From assembly GCF_000011125.1 (NCBI RefSeq), contig NC_000854.2, positions 1,560,001-1,592,000 on the forward strand: a stretch of DNA of 32,000 nt, read 5' to 3'. Shown here one piece after another: positions 1-7,392 of the stretch. The DNA is from Aeropyrum pernix K1. GTDB taxonomy: Archaea > Thermoproteota > Thermoprotei_A > Sulfolobales > Acidilobaceae. Both the position numbers and the translations under genes were made by a program. Below the pieces are notes generated by a model. The model ran no database searches. It was not told the origin of the DNA and worked only from the letters and a program-made list of their open reading frames with translations. Position 1 is the first letter of the stretch. Each line of letters starts with the position of its first letter.

Positions 1-1053
1 GAGGGGGTCGACGCCAGAAGACAAGCCCAAATAGACAGGCTCCTAATAGAACTAGACGGCACCCCGAACAAATCGAGACTCGGCGGGAACACGACCACCG
101 CTCTCAGCATAGCCGTTTCAAGAGCTGCGGCGGCTCAGGCACGCCTCGAACTCTTCCAGTATCTAGGCGGCGCCGGGGCTAGGAGACTCCCAATACCTCT
201 TCTCAACGTCATAAATGGTGGTGTTCACGCGGGGAACGAGCTAGACTTTCAGGAGTTTATGATAATACCTTATGGTTTTGAAAGCTTCACAGAAGCTATG
301 AGGGCTGCGGTGGAGACATACGGGGAGCTCAAGAGCCTGCTTAAGGACAGGTATGGTGCATCTGCAGTCAACGTCGGCGACGAAGGGGGTTTCGCACCCC
401 CTATGAGAAGCGCCGAAGAGGCCCTCAAGACTCTAGTGGATGCAGTGGAGAAAGCAGGCTACCAGCCCGGGAGCGAGATAGCCCTTGGCATTGACGCGGC
501 TGCGAGCCAGCTCTACAGTAACGGGCGCTACAGCGTTGAAGGGAAGAGCCTGTCCAGAGAGGAGCTCCTAAGCCTCTACCAGCGCTTGGTAGAGCAGTAT
601 CCAATAGTGTATCTTGAAGACCCATTTAGCGAGGACGACTATGAAGGTTTCAAGGCCGCCGTAGACGCCCTCTCGACAGAAACCATTATAGTGGGGGACG
701 ATCTCCTAGTTACCAATCCCCAGAGGGTTAAGGAGGCTTCCGCCCTCAAAGCAGTCACAGGCCTCCTAGTAAAGGTGAACCAGGTGGGGACTCTCACCGA
801 AGCTCTCGAAGCCATCCAGGCTGCGAGGGACAGGGGGATTGTCCACATAGTGAGCCACAGGAGCGGAGACACTGAGGACACCTTCATTGCCGACCTAGCC
901 GTCGCCACAGAAGCTTTGATGATCAAAACGGGAGCCCCAGCCCGGGGAGAGAGGACCTCGAAATACAACAGGCTCCTAGAAATAGAGAACATATTAGGCT
1001 ACTCAGCCGAATATGCAGGTCCAGAACTACGCGGCGTAATGGGCAGGCGCTGA
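1..1053 (+). CDS. eno: Enolase (phosphopyruvate hydratase), 5'-truncated by the window edge
   Basis: The frame is open from base 1. It encodes ...LLNVINGGVHAGNELDFQEFMIIPYG..., EDPFSEDDYEGF, VKVNQVGTLTEAL and SHRSGDTEDTFIADLAVA, all classic enolase motifs. The ORF track start at 259 is an internal Met. Confidence 0.96.
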   Translation, partial: EGVDARRQAQIDRLLIELDGTPNKSRLGGNTTTALSIAVSRAAAAQARLELFQYLGGAGARRLPIPLLNVINGGVHAGNELDFQEFMIIPYGFESFTEAMRAAVETYGELKSLLKDRYGASAVNVGDEGGFAPPMRSAEEALKTLVDAVEKAGYQPGSEIALGIDAAASQLYSNGRYSVEGKSLSREELLSLYQRLVEQYPIVYLEDPFSEDDYEGFKAAVDALSTETIIVGDDLLVTNPQRVKEASALKAVTGLLVKVNQVGTLTEALEAIQAARDRGIVHIVSHRSGDTEDTFIADLAVATEALMIKTGAPARGERTSKYNRLLEIENILGYSAEYAGPELRGVMGRR

Positions 1054-1090
1054 GACCCAGAAATCCTGCTCTGCGAAATCTATACTACAA

Positions 1091-1474
1091 TTGTTAAACC
1101 AGGCGACACTACAAAACTTTTATGGTGTCCGCTCCTTGCTATCCAGAATATTTTCAAGGTTAAAGGAGCTGACAGGGACGGGAAGAGGAGGGCTTTCCCG
1201 GGTTATAGTAGCCGTCGCCCCTAAAGACGATGAGGAGGCCCTTCCTAGGATACTTAGATGGCTTGCAGCCAAGGGCCTGAGACCCGATGAAACCATAGAG
1301 GCTAGTAGCAAGGATGAGGTAATCCAAGCCCTCGATAGTCTCAAGGGCATGATAGTAGTGGTTACTACCTCGTCTATGGCAAAGAACCTGGAGGAGTGGG
1401 CGAAGAGCCGGGGCCAGGGAGTAGTAGTTATAGATGTAGACAGCAATGCGCCTGGAATGAAAATGGGCTGCTAA
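1091..1474 (+). CDS. Conserved hypothetical protein; the TTG start is uncertain and the true start may be further downstream
   Basis: 127-aa ORF in a compact gene array on the same strand as its neighbours; the C-terminal part looks like an alpha/beta domain (RVIVAVAPKDDEEALPRILRWLAAKG...IVVVTTSSMAKNLEEW). Confidence 0.6.
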   Translation: MLNQATLQNFYGVRSLLSRIFSRLKELTGTGRGGLSRVIVAVAPKDDEEALPRILRWLAAKGLRPDETIEASSKDEVIQALDSLKGMIVVVTTSSMAKNLEEWAKSRGQGVVVIDVDSNAPGMKMGC

Positions 1475-1523
1475 AATAAACCCTCAGCACAACACCTACA
1501 CCCCCCGGGAGGAGTGAAAGGGG

Positions 1524-1826
1524 ATGTCTGCGAAGGTAGAGGATAGGATGCTGAGCATAGAGGATATACTCCAGAGGAACGTGTGGGACGTTGCCGAAGA
1601 CCCACATATAGAGATACCAAAAGGCGCCGACAACCAGAGTGGAATACCTAAGAAGGCCCTAGCCCTCCTATGCCCGGCAGCTTGCTATACGGAAATGGGT
1701 GACGAACTGCTCTTCAGCTACGAAGGCTGTGTGGAGTGTGCCCTCTGTAGGGTCATAACACCCAAGGAGAAGATATCCTGGCGGTACCTTAGGAGCGGGA
1801 GGGGTATTCAGTATAGATTCACTTAG
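1524..1826 (+). CDS. fixX: FixX-like ferredoxin
   Basis: ALLCPAACYTEMGDELLFSYEGCVECALCRVITPKEKISWRYLRSGRGIQYRFT matches the FixX/ETF-QO-associated ferredoxin pattern (CPAxCY, EGCxECxxCR, W.YP..G.GIxYR). Start preceded by ggaggagtgaaagggg. Confidence 0.85.
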   Translation: MSAKVEDRMLSIEDILQRNVWDVAEDPHIEIPKGADNQSGIPKKALALLCPAACYTEMGDELLFSYEGCVECALCRVITPKEKISWRYLRSGRGIQYRFT

Positions 1827-1842
1827 GATCGGCCTCTCAACA

Positions 1843-1855
1843 GTTAAGCTTTAAG
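1843..1855 (+). promoter_or_regulatory. Candidate TATA/BRE promoter of trpS
   Basis: gttaagctttaag lies about 40 bp upstream of the GTG start; ggaggtg at 1879..1885 is a strong Shine-Dalgarno. Confidence 0.4.
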
Positions 1856-1889
1856 GCTCAACACGCGTTCTGCGTTTAGGAGGTGGTCA

Positions 1890-3014
1890 GTGTTTGTGGC
1901 GGCCGAGAGGCTCGACCCTTGGGGAGCTGTCGAGATAAAGGATTATGACAGGCTTCTCCGCACCTTTGGTATCCGGCCTTTCAGCGAGGTTCTGCCACTC
2001 CTGCGTAAGGCGGGTATGGAGCCTAGTTTTCTCATGAGAAGGGGTATAATCTTTGGGCATAGAGACTTTGATAAAATCCTGGAGGCAAAGGCTAGGGGTG
2101 AGAGGGTAGCCGTCCTCACAGGGTTCATGCCTAGCGGTAAGTTCCACTTTGGCCACAAGCTCACAGTCGACCAGCTAATATACCTTCAGAAGAATGGTTT
2201 CAAGGTTTTCGTGGCTATAGCGGATGCGGAGGCATTTGCGGTAAGGAGGATAGGTAGGGAGGAGGCTGTGAGGATAGCCGTCGAAGAGTATATAGCCAAC
2301 ATGATAGCCCTTGGGCTCGACCCTAAGGACACCGAGTTCTATTTCCAGACCAACAGGGGCACACCGTACTTCAGGCTCATCCAACTCTTCTCAGGCAAGG
2401 TTACAGCAGCAGAGATGGAGGCAATATACGGTGAACTCACTCCAGCCAAGATGATGGCCTCACTAACCCAAGCGGCCGACATACTCCATGTGCAGTTAGA
2501 CGAGTACGGCGGCTACCGCCATGTAGTCGTCCCCGTGGGCGCTGACCAGGACCCCCACCTAAGGCTTACGAGGGACCTTGCAGACCGCATGGCAGGGGTG
2601 GTGGAGCTTGAAAGACCCGCAAGCACCTATCACAAGCTCCAGCCAGGCCTGGACGGGAGGAAGATGAGCAGCAGCAGGCCGGACTCGACAATATTCCTCA
2701 CAGACCCACCCGAAGTAGCGAGGAACAAGCTCTTCCGAGCCCTGACCGGGGGAAGAGCCACTGCTGAAGAGCAGAGGAGGCTTGGTGGAGTGCCTGAAGT
2801 GTGTAGCGTATACCATATGGACCTCTACCATCTAATGCCCGACGACGGGGAGGTAAAGCACATCTATACTAGCTGCAGGCTTGGGAAGATACTGTGCGGA
2901 GAATGCAAACAAATAGCATGGGAAAAACTAGAGAGGTTCCTAGCAGAGCATCAGAGCAGGCTAGAGAAGGCTAAAACTATCGCCTGGAAACTAGTGGAGC
3001 CGCCGCGATTCTAG
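1890..3014 (+). CDS. trpS: Tryptophanyl-tRNA synthetase (start GTG 1890, or possibly GTG 1896)
   Basis: Class I aaRS signatures GFMPSGKFHFGHKLTVDQLIYLQ and KMSSSRPDS; VPVGADQDPHLRLTRDLA. Confidence 0.96.
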   Translation: MFVAAERLDPWGAVEIKDYDRLLRTFGIRPFSEVLPLLRKAGMEPSFLMRRGIIFGHRDFDKILEAKARGERVAVLTGFMPSGKFHFGHKLTVDQLIYLQKNGFKVFVAIADAEAFAVRRIGREEAVRIAVEEYIANMIALGLDPKDTEFYFQTNRGTPYFRLIQLFSGKVTAAEMEAIYGELTPAKMMASLTQAADILHVQLDEYGGYRHVVVPVGADQDPHLRLTRDLADRMAGVVELERPASTYHKLQPGLDGRKMSSSRPDSTIFLTDPPEVARNKLFRALTGGRATAEEQRRLGGVPEVCSVYHMDLYHLMPDDGEVKHIYTSCRLGKILCGECKQIAWEKLERFLAEHQSRLEKAKTIAWKLVEPPRF

Positions 3015-3282
3015 CAACGAATATACACACCCCAACACTATGAATCCCGACACAGGGGATGAAGAGACGCTTTAGGGCCGAAACACAGATGAGGTAAGTA
3101 CCCTCGCCCGACCCCCATGTCCCTATGTCAATCTAGGGCTACAAACAGTGAACGCCAGAATCCCCAGCGAACAATGAAGTAAATAATAAATGCATGCAAT
3201 CAGACTCAGCCCATTCCATACAGCTACCTATAAACCTATTCTTCAGGCGAAAAAGCAAGAGCAAAGAAAGCAGGATCAGAGG

Positions 3283-3602
3283 CGGAGCCTTGGGCGCTTG
3301 TTAGCCCCGGGCTCTCTAGCCCAAGAACCGTAAGGGGGCAGCCCCTGTGGGCTAGAGAGCCGGGAAGTGGCGGAGCCCGAGCATAAGCGGCCGGAGGTGC
3401 TAGGCCGGCCGGCTCTCCGCCCCCAGGGTGCTCCAAGGCGGTGGGGGGCCGCCTTGGAGACCCTTTCGGAGCCCCTCCGGAGGGCTAGCCCTCCGGCCGC
3501 TGCTTTGCTCGGAGCCCCGCCTGCGCTCTCTAGCCCGGCGGGGTATTGCCCTCTGGTTCTTGGGCTAGAGAGCCCGGGGCTAACAAGCGCCCCAAGGCTC
3601 CG
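3283..3602. repeat. Long composite inverted repeat (320 bp) with nested helices; candidate structured RNA or palindromic element
   Basis: Left arm 3283..3329 (cggagccttgggcgcttgttagccccgggctctctagcccaagaacc) is the reverse complement of right arm 3555..3602 apart from one extra G in the right arm. Inner pairings: 3349..3360 with 3525..3536, 3369..3373 with 3517..3521, 3377..3383 with 3506..3512, 3387..3397 with 3490..3500, and 3425..3441 with 3449..3464. Confidence 0.9.
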
Positions 3603-3604
3603 GT

Positions 3605-3659
3605 GTGTTTATTGTGGGGGGTTGTTTATAGGGTGTTAGGGTGTTTATTGTGGGGGGTT
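3605..3659. repeat. G-rich direct repeat, two copies of gtgtttattgtggggggtt, 36-bp period
   Basis: Exact 19-nt copies at 3605..3623 and 3641..3659. Confidence 0.9.
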
Positions 3660-3660
3660 A

Positions 3661-3673
3661 TTTTTATAAGTAC
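3661..3673 (+). promoter_or_regulatory. Candidate TATA element upstream of the VKOR-family gene
   Basis: tttttataagtac immediately after the G-rich direct repeat. Confidence 0.35.
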
Positions 3674-3740
3674 AAGTTTTATGGTTGTCTGTATATTCTT
3701 CTCTACTCAGAGTATTAACAGTTTAGTGGTGTAATGGAGT

Positions 3741-4178
3741 TTGTCGAGGCTTTCGCATGCTCTTCTTGCTGTCACTCTAGTTGGATATGCTGCCAGTATT
3801 GCTGGCTATTTCGAGTACGTTTCCGGCTCTGGGGTTTGTGAGATTGGTGATGTGGGTTTTGCTGTTGTTAACTGCTCTAGCGTTTACGATATTCCTGAGG
3901 CGGTTGTATTTGGCGTTGTTCATCTGAGTGTTTTAGCGCCAGTATATTTTACGTTACTTTCACTTGTTGCCCTGGCTTATTGGATTAGGCGGTCTCGCAT
4001 CTTTCTAATCGCCTCGTCCTTCCTTTCACTCGTAGGTGTTGTTACGGTTCCCTACCTGGTTTATCTAGAACTGTTCGTCGCTGGTGCTGTCTGCCTGTGG
4101 TGCACAGTCATGCATATATCTATACTTTTGGCCTTCGCGTTGGCAATTGTAGGCCTGCGGATTGGTGGCCACACCTAG
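3741..4178 (+). CDS. VKOR-family (vitamin K epoxide reductase-like / DsbB-type) membrane thiol oxidoreductase
   Basis: Four predicted TM segments, paired loop cysteines (GVCEIGDVGFAVVNCSSVYDIPEAVVFGV), and a CLWCTVMH CXXC motif near the C-terminal helix. TTG start. Confidence 0.87.
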   Translation: MSRLSHALLAVTLVGYAASIAGYFEYVSGSGVCEIGDVGFAVVNCSSVYDIPEAVVFGVVHLSVLAPVYFTLLSLVALAYWIRRSRIFLIASSFLSLVGVVTVPYLVYLELFVAGAVCLWCTVMHISILLAFALAIVGLRIGGHT

Positions 4179-4321
4179 GCTGTATTCAGTGTGGAACAAA
4201 TATTGGTTCGAAAATTAGGGGGTTAAGCCGTAATCCGCCTTAGCTGTAGCTGCAATAACTCGGGCGGGGGGTAACGGTTTATTTGTGTGGACTCGCCACT
4301 TGATGGTTTTGGTCTTCGAGG

Positions 4322-4648
4322 GTGGTCGGTTTGGAGCATGGAGTTTCTAAGGATTTTGAGGGGGAGGCTAGGATAGGGAGGGTTGTCAAGGACTTTCTGA
4401 GGCTTAGCTTGAAGCCGGAGGATTTCTCGAGCCCTGTGGCCCTGCAGATGGCCATTTCAAGGCTCTATGAGGGTATGATGAGGATGATGGAGAGGGGAGG
4501 CCCTCAGCCTACATATGTGGCGGAAGTCAGGTTTACGGATGATATGGGCAACCCTGTTGTTATAGCTGTCGAGCTGGGGCCGGAGACGCCGCCCTTCTCT
4601 AGGGATAGGGTTAAGGCCAGGATTAGGGTGGAGCTTTACGAGGAGTAG
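4322..4648 (+). CDS. Conserved hypothetical protein
   Basis: 108-aa ORF with a plausible amphipathic composition, placed convergent with the PhoH-like gene. Confidence 0.65.
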   Translation: MVGLEHGVSKDFEGEARIGRVVKDFLRLSLKPEDFSSPVALQMAISRLYEGMMRMMERGGPQPTYVAEVRFTDDMGNPVVIAVELGPETPPFSRDRVKARIRVELYEE

Positions 4649-4661
4649 CCGGTTACCGGGC

Positions 4662-5834
4662 CTACCTCCTCCTTCGCCTCCCCCGCCTCTCCTCAACTTC
4701 TTCGACAAACACTCCTACGCCGAGAAGCTTTCTCACTATCTCGTCCAGGAACCTTATGTGCGCTCCTTTCTGCCCTAGCATCGGCCCCATATGCTCCTTG
4801 CTGACCTTGATCTTGAGCTGGGGCCCTGCGAAGTCGAAGTCGATCACGTGTTTGTGTATCCAGCTGACGGGGTGTATGGCCCTCACTATCTCCTTCAGAT
4901 CTAGGGTGTGCTCTATGGCCCGGATCCTTAGGCCGGTCTCTCCCTCAATCTTCTCTATCCTCTCACCGCCCCTTCCTATAAAGCGGCCTAAGTGGCCCTC
5001 TTTGACCACGACTAAAACGTCTGGGACGTGATCGCTCTCTATACCCCACTTCCTCTTGGCGTCTTGGAGGTCTACGGCCGTTATTATATCAGCGTCGGGC
5101 GAGTGCATTCTAGCAGCCTCTATAACCTCCTTCTCCGCCTGGTTCAGCGTCCTCCTCCTCATGAGGAGTTCCATGAGCATCTTAACACCCCTCTTCGCCC
5201 CCGGCCTCACGATATCCTTCAGGCCAAGGTCGACAACTTCGGCTGTGGGCTCGTTGCTGAGTATTTCTCTAGCCATACTGGCTCCGTCTAGGCCTGGCTC
5301 GCTAGTCCTCTGGAAAACTGGATCACCGATAACTATGAGCTTGCTCCCCGTGCCAAGCCTCGTTATTATCTCAACTATAGCCTCGGGTGGCATGCTCTGC
5401 GAGTCGTCAACGATTATAACGCTGTTGTCGAAGGTTCTACCCCTTAGGAAGTGAGGATCAACAAGCACGAGGCTATCGCTAGACAGTATCTCCCTTACCC
5501 TCTCCTCACCGAGGAAGCCCGACAGTATGTCCATAAGGTATTCGGCTGCAAGCCTCCTGTAGGATTGGGCGTCAGTCATGACTGTTAGCTCCCGGCCTGT
5601 GACGACGTCTATCACTGGCCTAGCAAGCACGACCCTCCTGAACCTTCCCTCCGCCGTCATGCTGACTCCATATACTATGGAAAACAGGCTCTTCCCCGTG
5701 CCCGTAGGGCCGAAGACCCCCACTAGGTCTACATCAGACAGGAGGGCCTCCTTAAGCTCTCTCTGGCCCTCGCTTTTAGGCTCTAAAGCGTCAAAGAGCC
5801 CCTTAAACTTGTCCAGCCCATCCACTCTGCCCAC
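4662..5834 (-). CDS. PhoH-like ATPase with C-terminal KH-type RNA-binding regions
   Basis: Walker A GPTGTGKS, Walker B-like VIIVDDSQSM, GDPVFQR, then VVVKEGHLGRFIGRGGERIEKIEGETGLRIR (KH GxxG) and a second GPMLGQKGAHIRFLDEI. Confidence 0.88.
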   Translation of the reverse strand: MGRVDGLDKFKGLFDALEPKSEGQRELKEALLSDVDLVGVFGPTGTGKSLFSIVYGVSMTAEGRFRRVVLARPVIDVVTGRELTVMTDAQSYRRLAAEYLMDILSGFLGEERVREILSSDSLVLVDPHFLRGRTFDNSVIIVDDSQSMPPEAIVEIITRLGTGSKLIVIGDPVFQRTSEPGLDGASMAREILSNEPTAEVVDLGLKDIVRPGAKRGVKMLMELLMRRRTLNQAEKEVIEAARMHSPDADIITAVDLQDAKRKWGIESDHVPDVLVVVKEGHLGRFIGRGGERIEKIEGETGLRIRAIEHTLDLKEIVRAIHPVSWIHKHVIDFDFAGPQLKIKVSKEHMGPMLGQKGAHIRFLDEIVRKLLGVGVFVEEVEERRGRRRRR

Positions 5835-5921
5835 CCAGGGATAGACATAACTATACTCTCCTGGGCCAATATTCGCTAGACGGGCAACCTGGGTTGCAGG
5901 CTATAGAGGGGTGCACCGTAT

Positions 5922-7277
5922 TTGCTGACCTACGGCCCAAGGGAGATTAGAGCGCTGCTTGAGGCGTTGGAGGCTGCTGAAAGGAGGAAGCCAGCGCAGG
6001 TCAGCAAGAGGGAGGTGTTCGCCCGCCACGGCCTCTTGGGTTCAAAGTATGATAGGGTGTTCACAGCTATAATGTACAAGATGTTTAGGATGCAGGGAGT
6101 TCTCGACAGGGCGGTTGCACACGCACTAGGGGTAAGGCCTGAGGATGTTATCGGATTCGAGCCTATGCTTAGACAGGCCCTAAGGCTCTCCGCCTACCTG
6201 GCTCAGTTCGACGAGACCAGGGACAGAAGGCTCATCTCTGCTCTCCTACGTCACGGCCTCCCCCTGCTGGCTTCCCGATATGGATGGAGGAAGGCCAGGC
6301 TTGTACATAAGGTTTTGGAAAGGCTTATCGACGAGCCGTGGAAGCCTTCGACGCGTGAAGAGGAGTTCATGGCCAGGTATATGGTGCCTATCGACATCGT
6401 GATAATGGCGAGAAGGGTCGTCGCTGGAGATGACGAGCTAGAAAAGCTCTTGGACGCGATAAACAGACCCCCTGTTAATAGTGTTAGAGTGAACACCCTC
6501 AAGGCTAGCTTCGACGAGGTTTATAAGGCCATAAGATCCAGCGGCCTCTACGCATGGCCATCTGACAGAGTAGAGGGTGTGATAAGGTATAGGGGTCCGT
6601 TTAACGACACACTAGCCAGGCTCCTGGCAGAGGGGAAAATTGTCCCCCAGGATGAGTCGAGCGCTGCAGCAGCCCCCCTCCTCCAACCAAGGCCGGGAGA
6701 GATTGTGCTGGACATGTGCGCTGCTCCCGGCGGAAAGACAACCCATCTAGCCGAGCTTTCAAGACTCCAGGCAAGAATACTCGGCTTCGATATTTACTGG
6801 GACAGGCTTAGGAGGATGAAGACCCTTGTTGAAGCTACCGCCTCAGAGGCGGCAGTAGCCGTTGTAAAGGCTGACGCCGCAAATGCTCCTAAAATCCTGG
6901 GTAGGGGGTCTGTTGACAAGATCCTCCTGGACCCGCCCTGCAGCACCACGGGGGGTCTCCACAAGAATGTGGACGCCCGGTGGAGGCTAACGAGAAGGAA
7001 GATAATGGAGCTTCAAGAGCTGCAGAAGACGCTCCTCGACGCAGCGGTGGAGACTGTAAAGCCTGGGGGCCTTATACTATATACTGTGTGCAGCATACTC
7101 GCGGAAGAAGGCGAGGACGTAGTACTCCACGCGCTAGAAAAATGGGGGAACCTTGAAATCGTTCCCCTAAACGGCCCCTACGACGAATCCCCCATACTTC
7201 CCGGTACTATGAGGGCATGGCCCCATAGACACGGGGTGACAGGCTTCTTCTACGCCCTTCTCAGGAAGAAGGGTTAA
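5922..7277 (+). CDS. NOL1/NOP2/Sun-family RNA (cytosine-C5)-methyltransferase
   Basis: SAM motif VLDMCAAPGGKTTHLAEL, motif IV DPPCSTTGGLHKNVDARWR, motif VI YTVCSILAEEGEDVV; NusB-like N-terminal domain. Confidence 0.92.
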   Translation: MLTYGPREIRALLEALEAAERRKPAQVSKREVFARHGLLGSKYDRVFTAIMYKMFRMQGVLDRAVAHALGVRPEDVIGFEPMLRQALRLSAYLAQFDETRDRRLISALLRHGLPLLASRYGWRKARLVHKVLERLIDEPWKPSTREEEFMARYMVPIDIVIMARRVVAGDDELEKLLDAINRPPVNSVRVNTLKASFDEVYKAIRSSGLYAWPSDRVEGVIRYRGPFNDTLARLLAEGKIVPQDESSAAAAPLLQPRPGEIVLDMCAAPGGKTTHLAELSRLQARILGFDIYWDRLRRMKTLVEATASEAAVAVVKADAANAPKILGRGSVDKILLDPPCSTTGGLHKNVDARWRLTRRKIMELQELQKTLLDAAVETVKPGGLILYTVCSILAEEGEDVVLHALEKWGNLEIVPLNGPYDESPILPGTMRAWPHRHGVTGFFYALLRKKG

Positions 7278-7392
7278 GAGCCTGAGGGTCTATGCCAGGG
7301 TTATATCTGCCTCCGGTAGCAAGTCCTCTTCTAATGTTTGCAGCGGTTCGGAAGGACGTTACGCGGGGTGGGGAGGGTTTAACAGGGCGGCT

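Noticed and set aside
3283-3602. Identification as SRP (7S) RNA or RNase P RNA
   Set aside because: No recognisable conserved SRP domain IV/Alu motifs, and no GAGGAAAGUC or ACAGA-type RNase P core. Size and GC content alone are insufficient.
3283-3602. Insertion element with a transposase
   Set aside because: No transposase-like ORF inside or beside it and no clear target-site duplication flanking the arms; a non-autonomous element remains possible.
3236-3734. Track ORFs 3236..3436 (-), 3367..3639 (+) and 3546..3734 (+)
   Set aside because: They are produced by the GC-rich palindrome; the translations are low-complexity Pro/Ala/Gly/Arg with duplicated GLESPGLTS strings on both strands, which is what an inverted repeat yields.
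4179-4321. tRNA-like feature near ggttcgaaaattag
   Set aside because: It resembles a T-loop GTTCGAA fragment, but I cannot find supporting acceptor, D-arm and anticodon helices around it.
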